DNA of 43,496 bases from a virus (lineage: Duplodnaviria; Caudoviricetes): the IMG/VR virus record IMGVR_UViG_3300022217_000200, positions 1 through 43,496 of that record. The stretch is one strand, 5' to 3'. The notes under the pieces are model-generated. The model did no database searches, was not told the DNA's origin, and saw only the letters and a program-made list of their open reading frames with translations. The position numbers and the translations under genes are program-made. Positions 8,622-17,047 of this stretch are shown here, one piece after another (the first letter of the stretch is position 1; each line of letters starts with the position of its first letter).

Positions 8622-11189
8622 CTATTTAGCGAAAACGTCTTGAGCAGTACCCTTCATAACCGCACCAATTATTTCGTGTTCCGAATCGGTGCCGTCCCCA
8701 ATTCGGTATCCGATTTGTTTTAATGCAATTTCGAATCGATTTTTGGCCACTGGAAAACGAACGCCCCCGACGTTATGACACCAATTCAGATAGTGTTGAT
8801 AAATAGCGTTTACTGGTACGATTTTTGTATTGTCTTTGCTGGGCTGCAATTCCGTTTTGCTAAACTCAATCAAAGGGCTGGCGGCCATAAGCCACTCGTC
8901 TTTTGCCCGGGAACATTCAATCGGTTCTGCTAATTGACCGCGAGCTCGCATTCGACTGTAACCCGCCAGAGAGCGGTTGAGGATTCCCGGTAATTCATTT
9001 TTGACGACATAGGGTTCGCGTTTCAGGTCATATTCCTCGGGCGCGAAAACTCGGCGAAACGGGAGGACATAGGCTTTACGAATTAGTCCCCAACTTAAAT
9101 CTTTTACCTGCGGCCAGTCGTTTATCAACATGACCGGCGTCGCACAACTTAAAAAGGTAAATGCATCTTTTCGTTTGGGATTCGCCTCAAAAAGTTTCAT
9201 CTCACTCAATTTCTTGAGCGCCGACTCAGGTAGAAAACCGTTTGTCTTCGCGTCATCGTCCATGATTAGGAGTTTACCAACTAGGCTATACAGAGAGTGA
9301 TTGTTACGGCCGACATCTGCAAATTCGTTGATAGCCCTTGGCAAAACCGCAGACCCAAGCAGATTGCGATAGACGTTGAAACAGAATGTTTTTCCATTCG
9401 AACCTTCACCCTGAAACATCCACCATGTGGGGATGTTTTTAAAGGGCTGCATTGTATAACCAAAAAACTCAAAGAGGTGGCGAATCATGCCTGCGGAATC
9501 ATCATTGTTCTGAAAAATTTCTTGGAGTGTTCGATCGAAAACGGGGCACTTGGCCGCGGGATCAAATTCGGTGTTGAGACAGGATAACAAATAGCTCTCA
9601 GGTTTATGCGGCGCTGGATGATAGCCCCCATCTTCATTCATCCAAACTTCAAAATTTGTCGTATTGACCACAGCTGGCGGAGGTCCTTGAAAAGCGAAAA
9701 CATCGTCTGTCCGAGTCGTTCGAGCTATCAAAACGCGTTCAGCCGAAGCGAATAGAGTAGACGATTTGAATTTGAGTACGTTTTCAGGATTGAGCTGGAT
9801 TTCTTCTGCAGCATCAAAAATCAATTGGTCAATTTCGTTTGGTGGTAGGGGTTCCCAATGGGTCTTTTTGAAGGCGTAGAACTGCTGATTTTTGGCGTGA
9901 ATGAGTAATCGACCCTTTTCGAAACGTGACTCGAGTAGATGTTTAACGACATCAATTGCGGGGTCTGCAACTTGCCGCTCCCCGATTTGTTCCTCTTTTT
10001 TCTTTTGACGTTTACGTTCTCGCGCTTTACGCAGGCGCGCCTTATCAAATTCCCTTTTCACTTGATCAACACTGGATAATCGGACATCATAAATGACCTT
10101 TAACTGTTCGCGAATTTGGTCCCAATTTTCGGGACCGTAACGATGCGCTTGGGCAACGGCCCGGGCCAAGGTGGGGCGAGAATCACGTAACAACGATCGT
10201 AGAAATTCAGGTAGTGTCTGTAAAGAAGGTGCCGCAATCACAGGAGTATCAAAAGCGAGTTTAGGTGGAAGTGAGCAGGGTGAACCACCCTCTAACATAG
10301 CCGCTTGAACTAGAGTTGCTGCTGTAACGCCATTATCATGATCGGTTGAAAAAGATTCCCACTTAGCCCGGGCCGCTGCTTCTGCGTCAAAATAACTCGG
10401 GTCAGAAATAGACCAGCGAACAAACAATTCACAACCCTCAGGGTCGCCCTCACAAGCCGCATGCACAGCCATACCAATGCGCAACCAATCCTGGTAATTC
10501 TGGTGTTTTTCGGCTGGGATGTGGCTCAGATGTCCCTCGATTTCGGGTAGGCTGAGTTTGATAGGCAGGCTGTAGGGTTTACGTTGCCCTACTGTTAGAG
10601 TTGGATCTACCCGCTCTCGTTTAGGTTGTGGAGGTCGGTTCTGGGTACTATTGACCCAGAGCATATCGAATAACCAAGGTGGTATTATTGGCGCATCTTG
10701 GGGACAGAAAAAATCCCAACGGTAGGCACGCCCCGTATCCGGGTGAATACACCCTGGTATTAAAACGAACAAAGGATGACGAATAAAATCGATTCCATCA
10801 AATTGGGCTAATACAGTTTTGCACTTGACTGCCTCAGGTAGTCTCGTGTAATAATGTCTACCGCAATCAAGTCCACCCGTGTGGACTGTCGGGCATAATT
10901 CGTTGAGACGTTCGGTCTCCCACTTCTCGGTCAATCTCTCCTCAGACCCCAGCGCGTTTTCGTGTCTGGGGTCCACGTCTATCACCAGGTCATCAGGACT
11001 TAGTCGCCAACCGATATTGCATCCACGACGATTGACGAAACTGTGAAGTGCTCGGCGTGAATATTTAATCGTGTTCCATTTTTTCTCTAACGGGTCTTTT
11101 TGACCCGGTTTGATCGGAAATAACTGACGTCCGAGGGCCAAAAATCGGTCAACTTCCCGTATCATAGCCGCTTTTTGCTGCTCGTTCAA
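8622..11189 (-). CDS. Bifunctional primase-polymerase + PriCT-2 + D5-like SF3 helicase
   Basis: LVIDVDPRH and GRHYY (Prim-Pol); YQDWLRIGMAVH...KWESF (PriCT-2); GEGSNGKT Walker A. TTG start after AAGGAG. Confidence 0.93.
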   Translation of the reverse strand: MNEQQKAAMIREVDRFLALGRQLFPIKPGQKDPLEKKWNTIKYSRRALHSFVNRRGCNIGWRLSPDDLVIDVDPRHENALGSEERLTEKWETERLNELCPTVHTGGLDCGRHYYTRLPEAVKCKTVLAQFDGIDFIRHPLFVLIPGCIHPDTGRAYRWDFFCPQDAPIIPPWLFDMLWVNSTQNRPPQPKRERVDPTLTVGQRKPYSLPIKLSLPEIEGHLSHIPAEKHQNYQDWLRIGMAVHAACEGDPEGCELFVRWSISDPSYFDAEAAARAKWESFSTDHDNGVTAATLVQAAMLEGGSPCSLPPKLAFDTPVIAAPSLQTLPEFLRSLLRDSRPTLARAVAQAHRYGPENWDQIREQLKVIYDVRLSSVDQVKREFDKARLRKARERKRQKKKEEQIGERQVADPAIDVVKHLLESRFEKGRLLIHAKNQQFYAFKKTHWEPLPPNEIDQLIFDAAEEIQLNPENVLKFKSSTLFASAERVLIARTTRTDDVFAFQGPPPAVVNTTNFEVWMNEDGGYHPAPHKPESYLLSCLNTEFDPAAKCPVFDRTLQEIFQNNDDSAGMIRHLFEFFGYTMQPFKNIPTWWMFQGEGSNGKTFCFNVYRNLLGSAVLPRAINEFADVGRNNHSLYSLVGKLLIMDDDAKTNGFLPESALKKLSEMKLFEANPKRKDAFTFLSCATPVMLINDWPQVKDLSWGLIRKAYVLPFRRVFAPEEYDLKREPYVVKNELPGILNRSLAGYSRMRARGQLAEPIECSRAKDEWLMAASPLIEFSKTELQPSKDNTKIVPVNAIYQHYLNWCHNVGGVRFPVAKNRFEIALKQIGYRIGDGTDSEHEIIGAVMKGTAQDVFAK

Positions 11190-11235
11190 TTATCGGGCTC
11201 CTTGTCGTCATCGGGGTTCGGTCAGCCCCGGATAC

Positions 11236-11264
11236 AGAATAAGAGATTTCAGATTTTACCGCAA
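11236..11264 (-). promoter_or_regulatory. Sigma70-like promoter upstream of the primase gene
   Basis: TTGCGG-N17-TATTCT with an AGATTTCAG box (+ strand) in the spacer. Confidence 0.45.
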
Positions 11265-11687
11265 GTGAAAACCTATCGTCTTCCTAAAAAACTTGTTTTG
11301 AATTCCACCCCAAAAACGTCTAGGTAGTTCAGTCAAATACCACCAAATTGACGGCCTCGAATATCGAATTGGTTCTAAATATCGAAGCATTTCCGATGTG
11401 TACTTTGCTCCACGATCACAAGGGGGCAAATACGGAATTTGAATAGACCCTTTTGGAACAAAAACTACCCGATTGCCGTAAGAGTCTTTGTTATTGATTT
11501 TCTGATACTGCCCAATTGCTTTGCCAAAAGAGATTGGGTCGCCCCCAGCCACAATGCACTTGAATCCACCGCGATTGAGTTCAGTGGCCGATATAGATTC
11601 AATTTTGACAAAGCGCACCCCTGGACGTAGTTTTATTTGAGTTTTAAGAGAATCGAAATTGAGATTATCGGTCATCTTTTTCACCAT
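11256..11687 (-). CDS. Hypothetical protein
   Basis: 143-aa ORF that tiles the - strand operon. Confidence 0.65.
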   Translation of the reverse strand: MVKKMTDNLNFDSLKTQIKLRPGVRFVKIESISATELNRGGFKCIVAGGDPISFGKAIGQYQKINNKDSYGNRVVFVPKGSIQIPYLPPCDRGAKYTSEMLRYLEPIRYSRPSIWWYLTELPRRFWGGIQNKFFRKTIGFHLR

Positions 11688-11865
11688 TGATTTCCCTTCG
11701 CTCGATGTCTTCCAAAATGGCTTCGTCTAAAATTCGCTCGCAATTGGCACAGAGATCGGGACTATCCTCAGATGGCGCGGGTGCGAAGCATCTAATACAA
11801 TATTTCGGTGGTTCAAAGTATCCTGGGTAGTCTAATCTGTCGATTTCTGTGTATTCTCGAGTCAT
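11665..11865 (-). CDS. Small CxxC...CxxC zinc-finger-like protein
   Basis: CIRC...LCANC; ATGA coupling with the upstream gene. Confidence 0.7.
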   Translation of the reverse strand: MTREYTEIDRLDYPGYFEPPKYCIRCFAPAPSEDSPDLCANCERILDEAILEDIERREINGEKDDR

Positions 11866-12101
11866 GTGGGCACCTTGATTGTAATGTGCACGAAAACGGT
11901 GTCAGGGATAGCGCACAGCTCATTGTGACACTCTTTCCAGGTCAGGATAGTACCCTGGATAGTCTGGTCTGCGGTTTTAACTGTGAGCGTTTCTCCGACC
12001 CTTTGTGAGCTTTCACTTTTTTCGAGACTGGTTTTACGAATATGCATAGATATAGATTTCTTTGTATAACGTTGCTTTTTTGGTACTCTCAATGTAGTCA
12101 T
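11862..12101 (-). CDS. Hypothetical protein
   Basis: 79 aa, with ATGA overlaps at both ends. Confidence 0.65.
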   Translation of the reverse strand: MTTLRVPKKQRYTKKSISMHIRKTSLEKSESSQRVGETLTVKTADQTIQGTILTWKECHNELCAIPDTVFVHITIKVPT

Positions 12102-12304
12102 GATTTATCCCTGTCAGGTGAATGAAAACTGATTACGATTCGGTGGCCGCAACCGGGACACTGCGCCACGGTGAGTCAGCAGTCAGTAGTCGAGCCGCAG
12201 CTGAATTCGTCTCTTTCCTCTGTCGTTGGATCCGTTTCATCGAAATAACAACCGCAGTGGCAAACGATGAAACGGATTTCTTTACTCGCGATTTCCAGGG
12301 TCAC
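12098..12304 (-). CDS. Cys-rich 68-aa protein with in-frame TGA at codon 43; candidate selenoprotein
   Basis: Hand translation MTLEIASKEIRFIVCHCGCYFDETDPTTEERDEFSCGSTTDC*LTVAQCPGCGHRIVISFHSPDRDKS. GTGA overlap upstream and ATGA overlap downstream. Confidence 0.7.
12143..12169 (-). promoter_or_regulatory. Bacterial SECIS-like hairpin 3' of the in-frame UGA
   Basis: GUGGC-GCAGU-[GUCCCG]-GUUGC-G-GCCAC. The loop starts with G, 16 nt after the UGA. Confidence 0.55.
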
Positions 12305-12528
12305 AGTGTCCACCCTTGTTTTAGGGCAAACCAATATTTTACGACTATGGTGCCACTAGTTCCCTTTTTATAACATTCACTATTGTCGTGGATGCAACTC
12401 TTGGGAATCCAAAACGGTTCCGGTTGAAAGTCAACCGCTACAACGCAAAGCGCTTTATCAGTCTCTTTGTAGCAGGCTGCTTCTTTACTCAGCTCTACAG
12501 GGTCATTACCCCCGTTACCTCGGGTCAT
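12301..12528 (-). CDS. Small phage protein with ETxKA...WIPKS motif
   Basis: KETDKALCV...FWIPKSCI...WFA. ATG 12528 is preferred over the track start. Confidence 0.7.
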   Translation of the reverse strand: MTRGNGGNDPVELSKEAACYKETDKALCVVAVDFQPEPFWIPKSCIHDNSECYKKGTSGTIVVKYWFALKQGWTL

Positions 12529-12919
12529 CGGTTTTTCTCTCCTTTCCGTGGACTGGGCACGGTAGATTGCCCAGTTTGTAACAGGTACATTGTTCGGCTT
12601 CCCGTTTGTTGGGACCCACTGTTCCGCAGGGGAAGTGTACGACATCAGGGAACACGGCCTGTTTGCAAACGGGACAAAAGGCCATCATAGTCTTTGTTTT
12701 TTTTTGGTACTCTAGAACCATTTCTGCTTGAGTAACAATTACGCGTGTTTGAACCCGGGTCAGCTCTTCATAGGCAGATAGAAGATTCCTTTGCCGATCG
12801 ATTTCGTTCCCCAGGTCAATGAGAGCGTTTTGCAGTTGGTTTTCGCGACCATGAGCTGGACACGGATCGTCACAGTTCTCATCACAAGTGCACGGGATTT
12901 CGAATTTTTTATTGACCAC
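12515..12919 (-). CDS. Coiled-coil protein flanked by two CTC-x7-CPxHG knuckles
   Basis: Motif repeated at both termini, plus CPVC; GGAGG RBS. Confidence 0.75.
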   Translation of the reverse strand: MVNKKFEIPCTCDENCDDPCPAHGRENQLQNALIDLGNEIDRQRNLLSAYEELTRVQTRVIVTQAEMVLEYQKKTKTMMAFCPVCKQAVFPDVVHFPCGTVGPNKREAEQCTCYKLGNLPCPVHGKERKTDDPR

Positions 12920-13124
12920 TGTTATCCTCCTTATAAAAGCGGTCCGCCCAAGTCGGTCTCAGCTCGACAAGGACAGCGATTGTATCCTGGCAGACTGCAG
13001 GCGCATCGATTACGTAGTAGTCCCGCTGCAGTGCCGATCGGTTTATTCGTTTGATTCTGTAGGTCCCTTTCCCGAGCATGAGTTCAAGGTCTTGAAGCGT
13101 TCGCTCATTTTGAATGAGTCGCAT
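12909..13124 (-). CDS. Hypothetical protein
   Basis: ATG 13124 forms a TAATG overlap with the upstream stop. Confidence 0.6.
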   Translation of the reverse strand: MRLIQNERTLQDLELMLGKGTYRIKRINRSALQRDYYVIDAPAVCQDTIAVLVELRPTWADRFYKEDNSGQ

Positions 13125-13669
13125 TAGGCCTGGCCCCCATGTGGTTCGACGAAACTGACATCGCCACAATTAGGGCATATTGCCCGAATGCGTCCGCCGA
13201 TGAAAGTCCCCATTACTCTCAGGGGGACATCGCACTCAACACAACGGATTGGGGTACCCGCAGGGGGTAACTCCTCATAGCTGGGTTCACACTCACTGCA
13301 GTGTACACATGGGTCCTCATGACAAGGCTGAGTTTCAACTGGTTGAGTTGGCTCGCGGTCTTGACTTGTTTCAGTTTCATTCATCATTTCAGAGAGTCGA
13401 AAGGGACCCAAGAACCCGAGTGAAGGCTTTTTCTGAGCTTCGAGACTCAATATTCTCAGCTCGATGTCAGTGGCTATCTGCAGGGCACCGCAAAGGCGGT
13501 CGTAGAACTCGAAAATTCTGGTCATGCTCAAGGGCACGTCACTGGCAAGCATGCGGTCACGGACGGTCTCAAGGCCGTCAAACAGCACCTCGAGCACGGC
13601 CCGGGCCAAGTCAGTCTTGAAAGGTGTCTCTTTTGGTATTTCTATGATTTTTTGTTGCGTTGTCATCAC
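13124..13669 (-). CDS. Hypothetical protein with C-terminal zinc ribbon
   Basis: CVHCSEC, CVEC...CPNCG. Confidence 0.75.
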   Translation of the reverse strand: MMTTQQKIIEIPKETPFKTDLARAVLEVLFDGLETVRDRMLASDVPLSMTRIFEFYDRLCGALQIATDIELRILSLEAQKKPSLGFLGPFRLSEMMNETETSQDREPTQPVETQPCHEDPCVHCSECEPSYEELPPAGTPIRCVECDVPLRVMGTFIGGRIRAICPNCGDVSFVEPHGGQA

Positions 13670-13737
13670 AATCCCCCTGTTTGGGTCCCTCTGGATTGAG
13701 AGACCAGTTGTTTGGTTAACCTAGATTCCCCTATCAT
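13666..13737 (-). CDS. 23-aa leader ORF
   Basis: GAGGAG RBS, MIGESRLTKQLVSQSRGTQTGGL; its stop overlaps the next start. Confidence 0.45.
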   Translation of the reverse strand: MIGESRLTKQLVSQSRGTQTGGL

Positions 13738-13764
13738 ATTCGCTCCTCGGTCAGTGTTTCCTCT

Positions 13765-13794
13765 GTTTTACGACTGGTAAGATGGCTGCGTCAA
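13765..13794 (-). promoter_or_regulatory. Sigma70-like promoter
   Basis: TTGACG-N18-TAAAAC with A-rich 9-bp repeats directly upstream of the -35. Confidence 0.5.
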
Positions 13795-13818
13795 GTATTT
13801 TTCGTATTTTTCAGAAAT

Positions 13819-14256
13819 TTAATGTGTGAAATCCGGATAGAGACGGCGCAAAGCATTAATCGCTTTTTGAATTATTTGCTGATGAACTTTGGCCAGTTCG
13901 GGATCATTTAGAGATTTTGATACAACCCCAGCCCATCTGCCAAAGCAGGTAGCTAGGATTTTCGATCTCTCAACGTCTTTGGCCGGTACTCGGACACCCC
14001 ATTGATAGAAGTACCCACTTGGGAAGGCGACAGTGATAACGGCCTCGGTCTCACAAGGATAAGGATACCAATCACTGACCGCGCCACCGTGGATGACATT
14101 AAGTAGAGGTTCATCCAGGTTCATCGAGTCCTTGAGCAACTGTAGAGCTTCGGCTTGCTCATCGACTCGGCGCGTTTTCAGTCTTTGCCCCCCGCGTTTA
14201 AGGTCTTTGGTAGCCAGATGACCGCGGATTTTAGGTTTTTGTCTTCGTTTTGACAT
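13819..14256 (-). CDS. Hypothetical protein
   Basis: 145-aa ORF in the early operon. Confidence 0.7.
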   Translation of the reverse strand: MSKRRQKPKIRGHLATKDLKRGGQRLKTRRVDEQAEALQLLKDSMNLDEPLLNVIHGGAVSDWYPYPCETEAVITVAFPSGYFYQWGVRVPAKDVERSKILATCFGRWAGVVSKSLNDPELAKVHQQIIQKAINALRRLYPDFTH

Positions 14257-14271
14257 GGTTATTCTTTCTGT

Positions 14272-14478
14272 TTAAAAAGGAGACTCATAAGTTCTAAAAA
14301 TGTCTTTTGGGAACTTATAACAGTCTCTATCTTTCGGATGCCAATGAATGCCGCGTTCACAATTATGCTGTTCTCTCAGACAACAGATACACAGCCCAAC
14401 AAATACACAGAAAAGCAAGCTGAGAAGAAAACAAAAAATTCCGCTTATTATCAATGTCCAGGTATTTCTAAATATCAT
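14272..14478 (-). CDS. Small membrane protein
   Basis: One long hydrophobic, Cys-rich segment; ATGA coupling. Confidence 0.6.
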   Translation of the reverse strand: MIFRNTWTLIISGIFCFLLSLLFCVFVGLCICCLREQHNCERGIHWHPKDRDCYKFPKDIFRTYESPF

Positions 14479-14879
14479 TTCGAATCCTTTTCGCTTTGGC
14501 AGTGTACTTGCAGTTTCTCTTTGGTTTGCTCCTTGCGCCGTTGCTGGCGGCGCTTGTTGCGTCGCTCCTTGCGTTTCTGTTTTTTGATTTCCACTGCATC
14601 TGTATCGACCCCGAATTCAATAATCCTATTTTCTTCGGGGTCTTCGTAGGGCTTTATTGTGGTCACGTCGATGACCGCAAAATCAGAACCGATTTGCTCC
14701 CCTGTTTCAGGGTTGTATTTAGTACCCATTGAGTCGACCCAATAGTCGCCCTCGCGGCTCAAACTAATATAGGTTAGTTGGCCCATAATCGTACGGATGA
14801 GACCGGAATGGGTCATCTCGCGGCCCATGACAGCTTTAATTGGTTCGTGTTTGACTTTCGTCTTAGTCCACAGGGTCAT
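14475..14879 (-). CDS. Hypothetical protein with basic C-terminus
   Basis: GAGGT RBS, ATGA coupling, K/R-rich tail. Confidence 0.7.
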   Translation of the reverse strand: MTLWTKTKVKHEPIKAVMGREMTHSGLIRTIMGQLTYISLSREGDYWVDSMGTKYNPETGEQIGSDFAVIDVTTIKPYEDPEENRIIEFGVDTDAVEIKKQKRKERRNKRRQQRRKEQTKEKLQVHCQSEKDSK

Positions 14880-15313
14880 ACTGCTACCTCGCTAATATCG
14901 TCTACAGTGTCATCTGTGTCTATGGTCACCACAGCTAGATCAGGATAGACACCAAACGGGTCAGGTTGTTGCATCTGGCGCATTGCAACTTCGGCTTCTG
15001 TTTTCGTAGTGTAGCGGCCGGGATAGTCGACGCACCAATTGTGCGCGTAGTAGTCAGGGTGATAACCAGTCAGGTCGCCCCACCGAGGATTTTCCCAGCC
15101 TAGAAAAGCGATGCGCCACTGCTTGGGCTTGCTGGCCCACACTGTGTGTTTGGAAAACCCGCTGCGCGGGCTGTTGGTCTGGCAAATCCGGACCAGATGA
15201 AAATTGGCCCACTTTTTGGTCTGGTCCATACGGGGATTGTTCCCACAGTGGATCCGATAGCCGTGCTTTGAGTAGTATTCCATCAATTTATAGGTTCGTT
15301 TTGAATAAGCCAT
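14876..15313 (-). CDS. Hypothetical protein
   Basis: AAGGAG RBS; 145 aa, aromatic-rich. Confidence 0.75.
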   Translation of the reverse strand: MAYSKRTYKLMEYYSKHGYRIHCGNNPRMDQTKKWANFHLVRICQTNSPRSGFSKHTVWASKPKQWRIAFLGWENPRWGDLTGYHPDYYAHNWCVDYPGRYTTKTEAEVAMRQMQQPDPFGVYPDLAVVTIDTDDTVDDISEVAV

Positions 15314-15338
15314 TGTTTTTACTCCTTTTTTAGAAGTT

Positions 15339-15370
15339 GCTCGAGCAAACCGGCCAAAATCTGCTCGAGC
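15339..15370 (-). other. Intergenic RNA hairpin (processing or pause site)
   Basis: GCTCGAGCAGATT/GGTTTGCTCGAGC 13-bp stem. Three G-U pairs form only on the - (mRNA) strand. Confidence 0.55.
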
Positions 15371-15383
15371 TAAATTTTGTGTC

Positions 15384-16256
15384 TTAGTCCATCTCGTTCA
15401 GGCCGAAAAAGCGGACCAAAACCTCGCGTAATTGTCTGGAAGTTGCGGTCTCACAAACTACGACATATTCACGCTCTCTTAAAGAAAACAGATGAACGAC
15501 GGGCTTGCCAACACCAATCATATCATCGAGTTCGAGAGATCGACTATCTCTGCCCGGTGCCCAAAGCTGGACTTCCAAGTCTTTTTGTGTCTCAGCGAAT
15601 AGTACCTGAGTGTTGGGTGTCGCCTCGTTGGTCAAATCCCTTAGTTCTTGATAAGCCGCTGTCCATATTTCTTTGAATTGGCTCATGGTCATCGGCTGCG
15701 CGTCTCGTGTACAACCCAGAGGGTCAGGGGTTACAGGTTTTCTGGTTGATCTGGGTGGAATACGGCCGCTGTCGCACCCCTGTTCTACAAAGGGATACCT
15801 TATTCGTTTATCATGAGTTTTCGGCGGTTTCACTGCGGGCATAGTCGGAACAGATTTGGGCGGGGGCAATCCCGCATCGTAGTCGAATTCGCAAAAATCC
15901 CGCATCGTAGTCGAATTCGCAAAAATCCCGCTCGGGCAGTGGCGAGCTGAGTATTTCGGGAGATTCCGGGTTGGTTTTGGCTTGACCTTGCGCCCGAGGA
16001 ATTCGTCAAAGACCGTCGGTTCCCAGTCCTCTACCGTCCTTTTGACTTCGCCTAATTTCATTTTGGTGTCGTTGACTGCGTGCATTACTTCAAGGAGACC
16101 TCGAGCACGATTAGTTTGGTAAGTCCTTAATATCTCGTTAGCCAGGCGTTCAAGGCAACCTAATATTGCAGAGAGGGCATGGCCCAGGGCAGTCAGCTCA
16201 TTGAGTTGAGACTCAGTCAATTCATAGTCGCTATTCGATGTCGATGTCGTTGTCAT
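15384..16256 (-). CDS. Two-domain hypothetical protein joined by a Pro-rich linker that contains a 28-bp duplication
   Basis: AGGAGG RBS before ATG 16256; the track start at 16478 overlaps another gene. Confidence 0.75.
   Translation of the reverse strand: MTTTSTSNSDYELTESQLNELTALGHALSAILGCLERLANEILRTYQTNRARGLLEVMHAVNDTKMKLGEVKRTVEDWEPTVFDEFLGRKVKPKPTRNLPKYSARHCPSGIFANSTTMRDFCEFDYDAGLPPPKSVPTMPAVKPPKTHDKRIRYPFVEQGCDSGRIPPRSTRKPVTPDPLGCTRDAQPMTMSQFKEIWTAAYQELRDLTNEATPNTQVLFAETQKDLEVQLWAPGRDSRSLELDDMIGVGKPVVHLFSLREREYVVVCETATSRQLREVLVRFFGLNEMD
15868..15931. repeat. 28-bp perfect tandem duplication (about 2.3 copies)
   Basis: CCCGCATCGTAGTCGAATTCGCAAAAAT at 15871-15898 and 15899-15926. Confidence 0.95.
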
Positions 16257-16497
16257 TCTCTTTCCTCCTTTGAATAGTGATTTCCAGGGTGCGCCACTCA
16301 AGCAGAAAGGCCAATGGCGCTTTCGACATGGCCAGGTTGTGAAGATGGCTAACTTTTTCATTGGGGTCTGTGGTAGCCAGCGGGCAGATTTGGTTGTGGA
16401 TTTCACCGGGATGAGTGGTATCGCGGAACCGGACGATCCAACCCGGACACGCTGGCCCTGCGTGCTCATCGTAAACAATTTTTACACTTTTGGTCAT
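16231..16497 (-). CDS. Early protein A' (paralogue of the N-half of 16781-17293)
   Basis: VKIVYD...PGW...AP...W...ITIQR aligns with VRIIFD...PGW...AP...W...ITIER. Confidence 0.8.
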   Translation of the reverse strand: MTKSVKIVYDEHAGPACPGWIVRFRDTTHPGEIHNQICPLATTDPNEKVSHLHNLAMSKAPLAFLLEWRTLEITIQRRKENDNDIDIE

Positions 16498-16501
16498 GGC
16501 A

Positions 16502-16762
16502 CTAATCCTTTACGGGTCTGTCTAAACGGTAGGCTTTTGCTGCGGCCCAGAAAATCTCATAGGGATTCTCACCTTTAGCCATAGCGGATTCAGCTTTGCT
16601 TAGAGCATCAAGAGTATGGTCAAAGCGCAAAGTGATGCCTTCCCAGCTGTCCCACAGTCGAATATTGCCTCCTTTGATTTCGGCACAGGTTAATTGGTGC
16701 TCATAAGCACCTAAGGCCCTATTGATAGCTTTGTTGACGAGTTTTTCACGGAGTGTGGTCAT
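16502..16762 (-). CDS. Early protein B' (paralogue of the C-half of 16781-17293)
   Basis: Shares MTTLREKLVNKAINRA, GNIRL.D.WE and NPYE.FW. Confidence 0.85.
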   Translation of the reverse strand: MTTLREKLVNKAINRALGAYEHQLTCAEIKGGNIRLWDSWEGITLRFDHTLDALSKAESAMAKGENPYEIFWAAAKAYRLDRPVKD

Positions 16763-17047
16763 CAGACTAACCCCCCTTTTTTATTTAGAATTTTGCCCGT
16801 AAGCCGTTGCCATAGACCAAAAAACTTCATAGGGATTACCATCGGTATTTGCGGCATGTTCGGCTTGTCCGAGGGCTTTGAGCGCTTGTTCAAAATTCAG
16901 AATGATGCTTTCCCAATCGTCGTAAAGACGAATATTACCGTCTTTGACTTCTTCGCAAGCCAGTGAAGTACATGGCCCTTCATGCTCATGATTGAGCTTG
17001 GCCCTATTGATAGCCTTGTTGACGAGTTTTTCACGGAGTGTGGTCAT
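16715..17047. repeat. 48-bp direct repeat pair (16715-16762 and 17000-17047)
   Basis: 47/48 identical; the single change is synonymous. Confidence 0.93.

Noticed and set aside
12176-12178. Genome-wide TGA reassignment (to Trp or Gly) as the explanation for the in-frame TGA
   Set aside because: TGA is the normal stop of many genes here, including ATGA overlaps, and I noticed no other interrupted gene.
15868-15931. Mini-CRISPR array linked to the Cas4-like gene
   Set aside because: The copies are adjacent with no spacer and lie inside an ORF; DUF2800 is a standard phage replication/recombination nuclease.
16715-17047. Diversity-generating retroelement template/variable repeat pair
   Set aside because: Only one synonymous difference, the repeats are at gene 5' ends, and no reverse transcriptase is encoded.
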